The position numbers and the translations under genes are program-made. DNA of 64,000 nt from an uncultured Muribaculaceae bacterium (GTDB lineage Bacteria > Bacillota_I > Bacilli_A > RF39 > UBA660): the NCBI GenBank assembly GCA_964397485.1, contig CAYNHT010000003.1, positions 10,529 to 74,528 on the forward strand, written 5' to 3'. The notes beneath the pieces are model-generated. The model ran no database searches. It was not told the origin of the DNA and was given only the letters and a program-made list of their open reading frames with translations. This document shows, piece by piece, positions 36,759 through 46,057 of this stretch. Each line of letters starts with the position of its first letter. The first letter of the stretch is position 1.

Positions 36759-37670
36759 ATGATACTGGTAATGATTGATGATAAAATCTTTTTATCTAAG
36801 ATAATAAGCTACTTAGAAAGAAACAATATCAAATATACGACTGATATAAGTGACGATTATGATAGACTTTTAGTTGCAGAAATAAACAAAAAAACAATAT
36901 CATTAATAAAAGAAAATCATAGAATGAAAAAGAAAATTATATTTATCACTCATTTAGAGGAATTAAAGATACAAAAGCATTATGCATTATATAATAAAAG
37001 AAGTACATATTATAAAAGCAAACTTTATAACAATTTAAATATGTGTTATTTAGTAATAGTAAGTTTACCTTATTTTAAAAAAATTTTATCAAGTAAAATT
37101 AATTCTGCTATAGAAGTGATTGAAAGGGAATTACCATACTACGAGGCATATAATAAAAAAGTGCGAAGTAAAAAAGAAGTAGTATGTGTTGATCCTGATT
37201 ATGATAATATAAATTATATTTATAAATTAGCTATTGAATATCCAAAATACAAATTTAAAGTTTTAGGATATTCTCCTAGTTATCATTTACCTAAAAAGAC
37301 AAAAGATTTATTAATTAGTAGTCCTAGTAATATTATTTATATAAAATACTATGATCATTATACTTTTATTGACCTAAATCGTAATAGTTTTATGATAATA
37401 TATTTTGACCATAATCTTTTAAATTTTAACTATCTATACAGTGCCTTTTTAATGAAAAAAATAGTATTGTTAAAAAATAATGAAATATATGATGATTATA
37501 TTGTTAACAGTAAAAATGGATATTTATTTGATAAGTATGAAGAGTTAAATATGAAATTTAAAAAGATATCTCACGATAGGGTAGCCAATCTATCTGGGGA
37601 AATGTATGAAATGATTAAAAATAATAATTTTGACAAAATAAGTGTTAAATTTGGTAAAAAGTTACAATAA
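36759..37670 (+). CDS. Hypothetical cytoplasmic protein (303 aa)
   Basis: Long ORF with a good Shine-Dalgarno context. No recognisable motifs. Confidence 0.4.
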   Translation: MILVMIDDKIFLSKIISYLERNNIKYTTDISDDYDRLLVAEINKKTISLIKENHRMKKKIIFITHLEELKIQKHYALYNKRSTYYKSKLYNNLNMCYLVIVSLPYFKKILSSKINSAIEVIERELPYYEAYNKKVRSKKEVVCVDPDYDNINYIYKLAIEYPKYKFKVLGYSPSYHLPKKTKDLLISSPSNIIYIKYYDHYTFIDLNRNSFMIIYFDHNLLNFNYLYSAFLMKKIVLLKNNEIYDDYIVNSKNGYLFDKYEELNMKFKKISHDRVANLSGEMYEMIKNNNFDKISVKFGKKLQ

Positions 37671-37721
37671 CACTATATTTTTATTGTTATATACTTTATA
37701 ATATAAATAGAGGTGTAAATT

Positions 37722-39833
37722 ATGCAAGACCGTATTTTAGAATATTTAAAAAAAGAAGATAGAGCTTTTTCAGTGCATGAAATTAGTGATGCTTTAGGAA
37801 TAAAGACTGGTGATGAACTAAAAGAATTAATAGAAGAACTTAAAAAGTTAGAAGATATTATGAAAGTTTATCGTACAAAAAAGGATAATTATATGCTTTT
37901 TACTAATAGCCATTTGAAAGTTGGTAGATTAATGGCTAATAAAAAAGGGTTTGGCTTTGTTGATGTAGATGGCGATGCTGATGTTTTTATTGCGCCTTCT
38001 AACATGAATGGGGCAATTCACAACGATACGGTTATAGTTGAACTGATTTCTAAAAAAGGCATTGATTTAGAAGGTAGAATTGTAAAAGTAGTAGATCGAA
38101 AATTAAAGCAAATGGTTGGAGAATTTTATTATAAAAAAGGTAAAGGTTATATCAATTTAGATGATGAAAAAATAAAACTAAATATTGAAATTGATTCCAA
38201 AAGAACACTAGGTGCGATGAATGGACATAAGGTATTAGTTAGAATTACTGATAAAATAAAAGACAATAATTATAAAGGTGAAATATTAAAAGTTCTTGGA
38301 CACAAAAATGACCCTGGAGTTGATATATTATCAATTGTTAGTAAATATGGAATAAATGATACATTTCCTGAGTCTGTTATGAATGAACTAGAAAATGTAC
38401 CAAATGAAATCTCAAACGATGAAACTATTTTTAGAAGAGATTTAAGAGATCAAGAAATATTTACAATAGATGGAGATGACACTAAAGATATTGATGATGC
38501 TATTTCGCTAGAAATATTAGAAAATGGTAATTATTTATTAGGTGTTCATATAGCTGATGTAAGTTATTATGTAAGAGAAAATTCTGAAATTGACAAAGAA
38601 GCCTATGATCGTGGTACAAGTGTATATTTGGCAGATCGTGTTATTCCAATGTTACCCCATAAACTATCTAACGGGATATGTTCTTTAAATCCTGAAGTAG
38701 ATAGATTAGCTGTTTCGTGTAGCATGGAGATAGATAATAATGGTAATGTAGTTAGTTACGATATTTTCGAAAGTATAATATGTTCTAAAAAACAAATGAC
38801 ATATAAATGTGTTAATGCTATTTTGGAAGGTAGGGAAATTCCAGAAGGTTATGAACCTTATGTTGAAACCCTTCACAAAATGGAAGAACTAGCTAAAATT
38901 TTAAGAGCTAATAAAGAAAAACGCGGTTATATTGACTTTGATATTGATGAAGCCAAAATAATTGTTGATGATAAGGGAGAAGCAATTGATGTTAAAGTTA
39001 GAGAGCGTGGCATAGGTCAAAAATTAATTGAAGATTACATGATTGCTGCTAATGAGACAGTAGCAACTGCAATATATTTCATGGAATTGCCATTTGTTTA
39101 TCGTATACATGGTAAACCAAACGAAGAAAAAATTAACAATTTCTTGAAATTTGTAAGTGTACTTGGATATAAAATAAATGGTAAAGTAAAAGATATAACA
39201 CCAAAAAGTATGCAGTATATATTAGAAGAATTAAAAGAAAAGAAAGAATTTCATATTTTATCTAGTCTTCTTTTAAGAAGTATGCAAAAGGCCGTGTATG
39301 ACAAAAATAATATAGGTCACTTTGGATTGGCAAGTAAATGTTATACTCATTTTACATCACCAATTAGAAGATATCCAGATACTACAGTACATCGTTTATT
39401 AAGAACGTATTTATTTGAAAATAAAATGGATCATGACACTGTAAATTATTGGGATAATAAATTACCATTCTTAACGGAGCACTCTTCACAAAAAGAAAGA
39501 GATTCTATTGAATGTGAAAGAGAAGTAGATGACATGAAGAAGGCTGAATACATGATGAAACATATTGGAGAAGAATATACCGGTATGGTTAGTAGTGTAA
39601 TGAGTTTTGGTATGTTTATTGAATTACCTAATTTGATAGAAGGATTAATTAGAATAGATGATTTAAAAGATGATACATATACTTTCGATGAGGAAATTTT
39701 CGCATTAATTGGAAAGAAAAATAAAAGAGGTTATCGCTTAGGAGATACTGTAAAAGTTATTGTTAAAAATGCCAGTAAGCAAGCAAAAACAATTGACTTT
39801 ATCTTAGCGCCAACAGAACAAAAAGAAGACTAA
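37722..39833 (+). CDS. rnr: Ribonuclease R
   Basis: Cold-shock-like N-domain, an RNB catalytic domain (HFGLASKCYTHFTSPIRRYPD) and a C-terminal S1 domain. Precedes smpB/ssrA as in many Firmicutes. Confidence 0.85.
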   Translation: MQDRILEYLKKEDRAFSVHEISDALGIKTGDELKELIEELKKLEDIMKVYRTKKDNYMLFTNSHLKVGRLMANKKGFGFVDVDGDADVFIAPSNMNGAIHNDTVIVELISKKGIDLEGRIVKVVDRKLKQMVGEFYYKKGKGYINLDDEKIKLNIEIDSKRTLGAMNGHKVLVRITDKIKDNNYKGEILKVLGHKNDPGVDILSIVSKYGINDTFPESVMNELENVPNEISNDETIFRRDLRDQEIFTIDGDDTKDIDDAISLEILENGNYLLGVHIADVSYYVRENSEIDKEAYDRGTSVYLADRVIPMLPHKLSNGICSLNPEVDRLAVSCSMEIDNNGNVVSYDIFESIICSKKQMTYKCVNAILEGREIPEGYEPYVETLHKMEELAKILRANKEKRGYIDFDIDEAKIIVDDKGEAIDVKVRERGIGQKLIEDYMIAANETVATAIYFMELPFVYRIHGKPNEEKINNFLKFVSVLGYKINGKVKDITPKSMQYILEELKEKKEFHILSSLLLRSMQKAVYDKNNIGHFGLASKCYTHFTSPIRRYPDTTVHRLLRTYLFENKMDHDTVNYWDNKLPFLTEHSSQKERDSIECEREVDDMKKAEYMMKHIGEEYTGMVSSVMSFGMFIELPNLIEGLIRIDDLKDDTYTFDEEIFALIGKKNKRGYRLGDTVKVIVKNASKQAKTIDFILAPTEQKED

Positions 39834-39945
39834 AGTACATTGTATTTTAGTCTCTTATATTAAAAAACAAAAAATTCTACAATTATTGAATTATTCTGTA
39901 GTAGTATTATATATAATTAATAAGTATATAATGGAAAGGGATAAT

Positions 39946-41055
39946 ATGAAAAGGATAAATAAACTTTTGTTGTTAATTTCTGCTTTTGTTTTGTTAGTAA
40001 GTTGTACAAATAATCAAAATAATCAAGATATAAATAAAAATAATGATGTTAATACTAAATATGAATTATCGATGATAATGGCAGGCGATGCACTTATTCA
40101 TAATGGTGTTTATTTAGATGCATATGAAGGAAATGATTTTTATAATTTTAAACCGATGTTTGAAGATATAAAGCCTGTAGTTAGTTCTTATGATTTAGCT
40201 TTTTATAATCAAGAAACAGTTATTGGAGGAAAAAAGATAGGTTTATCAACTTATCCAAGATTTAATTCACCAGAAGAAATTGGTGATGCTTTAGTTGATG
40301 CTGGTTTTAATATGATTAGTTTATCTAATAATCATACATTAGATCGTGGGGAAGAAGCGATTACTAACTCTATTAATTATTGGAAAGATAAAGATGTAGT
40401 AACTTCAGGTAGTTATCTTTCATTTGAAGAAAGAAATAAAATAAGTGTTCATAAAAAAAATAATATTAGATATGCAATGCTTGCATATACAACAACTACT
40501 AATGGATTAAGAGCACCAATCGGTAAGGAATATTTAGTTAATACATATAATGATGAAATTGTTAAAGAAGATATAGAAAGAATAAAAGATTATACAGATG
40601 TTATTATTGTATCAATGCATTGGGGTGTAGAGTATACTCATACCCCTACACAAGAGCAAAAGCGAATAGCTGAGTATTTATCTTCATTAGGTGTAACAAT
40701 TGTTATTGGCCATCATCCGCACGTTATACAGCCTATTGAATTTATTAATGACACATTAGTCGTATATTCATTAGGAAATTTTATATCAGCCCAAGTAGGC
40801 ACACCTAAACTAATAGGAATGCTTGTTTCATTAAATATTGTAAAATCTATAGACAATAATGAAATAAGTGTTAAAATAGAAGATGTTAAAGGAGATTTGA
40901 TATACACGTATTACGATAATTTTAAAAACTTCAAAGTTATTCCTTTCAACAATCTAAATGATGATTTATTAAATAATTATAAACAAATAGAAACACAATA
41001 TACTTCTATCATAAATCAATATGATAAGACAATAAAAGTTGGTATATTTGAGTAG
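39946..41055 (+). CDS. CapA/PGA_cap-family metallophosphatase lipoprotein
   Basis: Lipoprotein signal (LLLISAFVLLVSC), MAGDALIH..., 'LSNNHTLD', 'HWGVEY' and 'GHHPHV'. The start is chosen at the ATG after a Shine-Dalgarno-like sequence (AAAGGGA); the ORF-track start at 39886 is probably too early. Confidence 0.65.
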   Translation: MKRINKLLLLISAFVLLVSCTNNQNNQDINKNNDVNTKYELSMIMAGDALIHNGVYLDAYEGNDFYNFKPMFEDIKPVVSSYDLAFYNQETVIGGKKIGLSTYPRFNSPEEIGDALVDAGFNMISLSNNHTLDRGEEAITNSINYWKDKDVVTSGSYLSFEERNKISVHKKNNIRYAMLAYTTTTNGLRAPIGKEYLVNTYNDEIVKEDIERIKDYTDVIIVSMHWGVEYTHTPTQEQKRIAEYLSSLGVTIVIGHHPHVIQPIEFINDTLVVYSLGNFISAQVGTPKLIGMLVSLNIVKSIDNNEISVKIEDVKGDLIYTYYDNFKNFKVIPFNNLNDDLLNNYKQIETQYTSIINQYDKTIKVGIFE

Positions 41056-41066
41056 GAGATGATAGT

Positions 41067-41513
41067 ATGCTTGAAATAAACAATAGAAAAGCTAAATTTG
41101 ATTATGAAATTTTAGATACTTTTGAAACAGGTATTGTTTTAAAAGGAACCGAAATTAAATCGATTAGAAATGGTAGTGCTAATTTAAAAGATAGTTATGC
41201 AATAATTAAAAATAATGAATTGTTTTTATTAAATATGCATATAAGTGAGTATGACCATGGGAATATTTTTAATCATAATGAAACAAGAACTAGAAAATTA
41301 TTAATGCACAAAAAGGATATATTAAAATTAGGGAGTAAAATAGCACAAGAAGGACTTACATTAATTCCTTTAAAATTATACTTTAAAAAAAATAAAGCAA
41401 AAATATTACTAGGATTAGCAAAAGGTAAAAAAAATTATGATAAAAGAGAATCAATCAAGGAAAAAGATATGAAAACAGATATTCAAAAACAATTAAAAGA
41501 AAGTTATCGCTAA
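41067..41513 (+). CDS. smpB: SsrA-binding protein
   Basis: ~148 aa. 'GIVLKGTEIKSIR' and 'YDHGNIFNHNETRTRKLL' are conserved SmpB blocks. Directly upstream of the tmRNA. Confidence 0.85.
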   Translation: MLEINNRKAKFDYEILDTFETGIVLKGTEIKSIRNGSANLKDSYAIIKNNELFLLNMHISEYDHGNIFNHNETRTRKLLMHKKDILKLGSKIAQEGLTLIPLKLYFKKNKAKILLGLAKGKKNYDKRESIKEKDMKTDIQKQLKESYR

Positions 41514-41523
41514 ATTTAAAATA

Positions 41524-41552
41524 TTTACTTTTTATTGAAATAGTGATATAAT
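41524..41552 (+). promoter_or_regulatory. Promoter for ssrA (TTTACT-17 bp-extended -10 TGaTATAAT)
   Basis: -10 at 41547-41552 preceded by TG. The tmRNA 5' end lies 8 nt downstream. Confidence 0.45.
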
Positions 41553-41560
41553 CCCCATAT

Positions 41561-41905
41561 GGGGTTGCCTGGTTTCGACGGGAATATTAGAGTTTAGGTT
41601 GCAAGTCGGAGGTACACGTCACGTACAACAAAAAAATAACTGGAAACAGAAATCAATTAGCTTTCGCTTAATAAAAGAATAGTGAAAGGCTTCCTTTTTT
41701 TCCTCTCCCATGGGAAAACTAGGAGGCTCAATTTAATGGGATATATTATTATTTAGCTTAGAGATAATAATGAATTTTATAAGCTCACTAAAAAACGGTT
41801 TGTTAGTTGGCATCGTTTTTTAGAAAATTTAACAACTAACTAAACTTGTAGATATTTAAATAGCTATGTTTTCGGACAGGGGTTCGAGTCCCCTCAACTC
41901 CACCA
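41561..41905 (+). ncRNA. ssrA: tmRNA (ssrA); tag reading frame ends ...GNRNQLAFA-TAA-TAA
   Basis: 5' GGGGTTGCCTGGTTTCGACGGG and 3' GGACAGGGGTTCGAGTCCCCTCAACTCCACCA (tRNA-Ala-like T-arm/acceptor with CCA). Internal tag ORF with a double stop. Located after smpB. Confidence 0.85.
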
Positions 41906-41977
41906 AATGAAAATAAAGTTTTTATATAAAGAACGTTTTTATGTTATAATAGTTTTATAAATAAAATATATTGGAGG

Positions 41978-42394
41978 ATGGATACAATGAATAGTGCTGA
42001 AGCAATACTAGATAAGCAAAAAGTTTTTGAAATAATTTTTTCTTTAATCGAGCAAGAAAAAGATGTTCAAAAATTAGTGGAAAAAATTTCGGTTTTAGTT
42101 GATGGACTTTATAATTCTGGGTTAATAAGTCCTAGTGTAGTAAATATTGCAAAATCATTTGCTAAAAATGAATTACCAATTTATTTGAAGACGAAAGAGT
42201 TATTCTCTGAAAAAGGTTTTGATTTAAAGATAGTTTCAAAACAAAAAGAAAAAAATTATACTCCAGAAGAGATAGCAAAAATTGCTGATTCTAGAATAGA
42301 AAGAGTTAGAACTTCTATTATAAGCGAGGCAATAGAAAAAGCTAGTTCAGCATCTACTGCTGAAATTTCTGAAACTCTAAGAAAACGTTTATAA
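41978..42394 (+). CDS. Hypothetical protein (138 aa)
   Basis: ORF with a Shine-Dalgarno sequence (GGAGGA). No motifs. Confidence 0.4.
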   Translation: MDTMNSAEAILDKQKVFEIIFSLIEQEKDVQKLVEKISVLVDGLYNSGLISPSVVNIAKSFAKNELPIYLKTKELFSEKGFDLKIVSKQKEKNYTPEEIAKIADSRIERVRTSIISEAIEKASSASTAEISETLRKRL

Positions 42395-42543
42395 AAACTA
42401 ATTATAAATAAACATAACTTAATTTTAATATAATTTAGGTTTAAGAATGCCTAAAAAAAGAACTAGGAAACATTAACCTAGTTTTATTTATATAAATATA
42501 GTGTGCTTTTCAAAAAAAGGAATTCTAAAATAATTTCATTTTA

Positions 42544-43269
42544 TTAACTCCTTATAAACATTTGAGTCCAAAATAAATTACCTTTATCGTCTCTTGCAAC
42601 ACCAACACCAATTTGATTATATGTAGAACTAAGGATATTTGATCTATGCCCTGAAGAACTCATCCATGTATTCATAGCCTCAGCTGCAGTTTTCTGGCTG
42701 CTTGCAATATTTTCAGCGGCAGCAGTATATGTAATTCCAAAAGATCTAAGCATATCAAATGGAGTTCCGTATGTTGGTGAATTATGAGAGAAGTAATTGT
42801 TATCTATAAAGTCTTGCGATTTAATTCGAGCTACACGACTTAGATCATTTTTTTCAGTTAGTGCAGGTTGACCAGCTTTTGCTCTTTCAATATTAACCAA
42901 ACGTATTACTTCCGTTTCTAATTCCCTTATATTACTTGGAACACTAGGCACACTAGGTGTAATGGTATCATCGGGAATATTAATTGTTTGACCCGGGAAA
43001 ATAAGAGCAGAATTAGTAATTTGTGGATTTGCTGCTACTAAATCATTTAATCCAATTCCATGTTTTGTGGCTATACTCCACATAGTATCACCTGGGGAAA
43101 CTGTATATTTTGATGTGTCAGTAGCAGGAATATTTATCGTTTGGCCAGGGAAAATAAGAGCAGAGTTAGCAATTTGCGGGTTTGCTGCTATTAGCTCATT
43201 TAATCCAATTCCATGTTTTGTAGCTATCCCCCACATTGTATCGCCTGGTAAAACCGTATAATTTGTCAT
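42544..43269 (-). CDS. Secreted 2xLysM + CAP/SCP (YkwD-like) domain protein
   Basis: Two near-identical LysM repeats (YTVxPGDTMWxIATKHGIGLN(E/D)L(I/V)AANPQIxNSALIFPGQTINIP), then a CAP domain (...GHRSNILSSTYNQIGVG...). Confidence 0.7.
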   Translation of the reverse strand: MTNYTVLPGDTMWGIATKHGIGLNELIAANPQIANSALIFPGQTINIPATDTSKYTVSPGDTMWSIATKHGIGLNDLVAANPQITNSALIFPGQTINIPDDTITPSVPSVPSNIRELETEVIRLVNIERAKAGQPALTEKNDLSRVARIKSQDFIDNNYFSHNSPTYGTPFDMLRSFGITYTAAAENIASSQKTAAEAMNTWMSSSGHRSNILSSTYNQIGVGVARDDKGNLFWTQMFIRS

Positions 43270-43450
43270 AGTGAAACCACCCTTCTATTAATCTAGTTAT
43301 ATTATATGAGTTAATGTGGGTTTGGCAACATCTAGGCTTAAAATAGTAGTTTAATTAGTATAATAAAATAAAAATGCAATTTAAGTAAGGGGAATCTTAA
43401 TTGTGTTTTTTAAAAACGAAAAATATGTTATACTATATGGGGTGCTATAT

Positions 43451-44116
43451 ATGAGGATATTTTTAATTAGACATGGCGAAAGTATGCAAAATAATAAGGA
43501 AAACTTTAATTTAAAGTTACCGGATCATAAAGTTTATTTAACAGATAAGGGTAAAAGACAAGCAGATGATGTTGGTTCTTTTTTAAAAAGATATGTTGAT
43601 GAAAATAATATTGATTTAGAACAATCCACATTATTTGTTAGTCCATATACTAGAACAAGGGAAACTGCTAATATTATTAATGAAAAGTTAAATATTCTGG
43701 ATGTTAAAGAAGATATTGCATTAATTGAACAGCGTTATGGTTTGTTTAGTGATAACCCAATTAGTGAGTGTAGAAAAAAATTTCCTGAACAGTTTGAACT
43801 ATATGATAGATATTATCAAAATGATGGTAAGTTTTATGCTAGATTACCACAAGGGGAAAGTCCTTATGACGTCGCGATAAGAGCTAGAATATTTTTAGAA
43901 ACATTGTTTAGAGATTACAAAGAAGGTAAAGAAAACTTCTTTGTAGTTGCTCATGGAACTACAATAAGAGCATTTTTACTCTCATTTTTTCATTACAGTC
44001 CGGAATGGTTTAACAAAGAACCTAATATGGAAAATTGCTCAGTTAGATTAATTGAAAAAATAGATCATGAAAATATAGATTTAGGATATATTCATGGCGG
44101 ACATATAAAGAAATAA
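43451..44116 (+). CDS. Histidine phosphatase family protein (phosphoglycerate-mutase-like)
   Basis: 'IFLIRHGES' catalytic RHG motif at the N-terminus and 'VAHGTTIRAF' (second His). The start is chosen at MRIF...; the ORF-track start at 43403 is probably too early. Confidence 0.6.
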   Translation: MRIFLIRHGESMQNNKENFNLKLPDHKVYLTDKGKRQADDVGSFLKRYVDENNIDLEQSTLFVSPYTRTRETANIINEKLNILDVKEDIALIEQRYGLFSDNPISECRKKFPEQFELYDRYYQNDGKFYARLPQGESPYDVAIRARIFLETLFRDYKEGKENFFVVAHGTTIRAFLLSFFHYSPEWFNKEPNMENCSVRLIEKIDHENIDLGYIHGGHIKK

Positions 44117-44141
44117 AAACATTAAATTAGATTAATTATTA

Positions 44142-44168
44142 AATCACTGTTTGTAGTGATTTTTTTTA
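44142..44168 (+). terminator. Terminator (AATCACT-gtttgt-AGTGATT + T8)
   Basis: 7-bp perfect stem followed by a T-run, after the phosphatase stop. Confidence 0.6.
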
Positions 44169-44178
44169 TTTAGTTAAT

Positions 44179-44207
44179 TTGACAAAAGGCATTTAATTTA
44201 GTAATAT
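44179..44207 (+). promoter_or_regulatory. Sigma-A promoter (TTGACA-17 bp-TAATAT)
   Basis: Consensus -35 at 44179-44184, 28 bp upstream of the 44235 ATG. Confidence 0.5.
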
Positions 44208-44234
44208 AATGCACATAAAAAAGGGGGGGATTTT

Positions 44235-45146
44235 ATGTTAGTCGAAAATTTCACTACTAAACAATTTAGAAGATTGCAACGTTATATATTGCCTGATGGG
44301 GTATCATCTATAGAGTGTGATTTATATCTCCTTGATAAGAAATTAAATCACAGTAAACACCTATTAAAAATATATAAACGAACAAGTGGAGAATATATGG
44401 GCAACAAGTTATTAACTATAAATTCCCTAATGGATAATAAAGATAATATAGATATTGATGAATTAGTCTTCCCAGAAAAATTAGCAATCGTTGATAAAAA
44501 ATTAGTTGGATTTACAATGCAATTGATTGAAAACAATACTAATTTAGCAGTATTATTAAAAGACAAACAAATCACCACAAAGCAAAAAATAGAGTGGTTA
44601 AAGCAAGTTGGTAAAATATTGACTAAGGTTCAACATGTTAATTCAGTAAATGGTCAATTTTTATTAGGGGATATTCATGAATCTAATTTTATTTTAAACC
44701 ACGATACTAATAAAATAATATGTGTTGATTTAGATGGATGTAAAATTAGTAATAACAAAATATATTCAATGAAATATGGTAGTTTTAATGAAAAATTTTA
44801 TTATTTTCCGAATAAATATCCATTAGACGACGATGATGAACCAATCCCAACTTACAATACAGAGTGGTATTGTTATACTACAATGGTGCTTAATATGATA
44901 GCTAATGGTTCAATTCATAAACTTTTGCTTTCAGATTATTACGATTATATTCAATATTTAAGAGATTCTAAATTCCCTGATGAATTAATTGATTGTTTTA
45001 TCAATATATATACTAATCATGATAATTATTCACCTAGAGATTTATTAGAGCAAATACCAAATAATTTAGATAAAGTTAGCCTAGGTTCGTTTGTTGAAAA
45101 AGCGAAAATTAATTATTTAAGTATGAATAATAAAAGACACAAATAG
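44235..45146 (+). CDS. CotS/aminoglycoside-phosphotransferase-like kinase-fold protein
   Basis: 'LLGDIHESNFIL' (GDxHxxN catalytic loop) and 'VDLDG' (DxD metal-binding), as in the APH/CotS family. Confidence 0.45.
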   Translation: MLVENFTTKQFRRLQRYILPDGVSSIECDLYLLDKKLNHSKHLLKIYKRTSGEYMGNKLLTINSLMDNKDNIDIDELVFPEKLAIVDKKLVGFTMQLIENNTNLAVLLKDKQITTKQKIEWLKQVGKILTKVQHVNSVNGQFLLGDIHESNFILNHDTNKIICVDLDGCKISNNKIYSMKYGSFNEKFYYFPNKYPLDDDDEPIPTYNTEWYCYTTMVLNMIANGSIHKLLLSDYYDYIQYLRDSKFPDELIDCFINIYTNHDNYSPRDLLEQIPNNLDKVSLGSFVEKAKINYLSMNNKRHK

Positions 45147-45162
45147 TGTGTCTTTTTTATGT

Positions 45163-45879
45163 TTATATATCAAAACTATATATTGATAAGCTTTGATTAG
45201 TAAATAGGTCAAATCCATTTTTATTAAAATATAGTGGTGTGATGATTATTCCTAAAGTATCAGCTCCATATAATCCAATTACTCTTTGCAAAGCATATAG
45301 TTCAAATACACCATCCCTATTAATATCAACCGGATATAAATTATTTAGTGCCAGCACGTATCCATTTATATCTTTTTTCAGTGTTCCATTATTGTTATAA
45401 ATGGTTTCTAAATACTCTTTACCTTTGTTGGATATATCTATTAAGAAGGATTTTTTTAATGTTTTATTTATTACTTCGACTTTATAATTATCTTTATATT
45501 TTACTACGTAATTATAGGTATTACTAAAACTTTCTGAACTAAATACTTCTGTTACTGTATTATTCTTAAAAGAATATATGTAATAGTATCCATAACCCCC
45601 ACTACCACCTGAGTCAATAGCAACAAAAATATTGTCCATATTCTCATTGGTAAAATTATATAAATTTAATGTTGGATTATATCCCATATTTTCTTTTAAT
45701 ATAATAGGATAAGTATGACCGTTTTTTCCATCTTTAATAATAATAGATATATCAGTTACTAATGGGGATGAATCACTTGATTTCTTCCCAATCAAATAAA
45801 CAGTATCATTAATCCTATCACCATTTACATCACCATTTTGGATAGCTAAAATAGAAGTTTCGTTAGTTTGACCCTCCAT
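45163..45879 (-). CDS. Hypothetical protein (238 aa)
   Basis: Long ORF on the minus strand with a Shine-Dalgarno sequence (GGAGG... revcomp). No motifs. Confidence 0.4.
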   Translation of the reverse strand: MEGQTNETSILAIQNGDVNGDRINDTVYLIGKKSSDSSPLVTDISIIIKDGKNGHTYPIILKENMGYNPTLNLYNFTNENMDNIFVAIDSGGSGGYGYYYIYSFKNNTVTEVFSSESFSNTYNYVVKYKDNYKVEVINKTLKKSFLIDISNKGKEYLETIYNNNGTLKKDINGYVLALNNLYPVDINRDGVFELYALQRVIGLYGADTLGIIITPLYFNKNGFDLFTNQSLSIYSFDI

Positions 45880-46057
45880 AAATCACCTCATAATAAGTTT
45901 ATGAATGGTTATAAGAAGAAAGAACGCTGATATAATGTTTGTGTTGTGTTCATAATTATCAATATGATGATATAATAAAATTATAAAAAATAATAATTTA
46001 CATAAAATCCTCATAACTTGGTGGCATAATGTAAATAATTAAAGAAGGAGGAATATC

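Noticed and set aside
39840-39900. Terminator-like palindrome after rnr (CTACA-ATTATTGAATTATT-CTGTAG)
   Set aside because: The stem is short and imperfect, with an internal direct repeat and no T-run. Not convincing as an intrinsic terminator.
43067-43261. ORF on the + strand antisense to the LysM repeats
   Set aside because: It is an artefact of the tandem LysM nucleotide repeat. The sense gene on the minus strand has clear LysM and CAP motifs.
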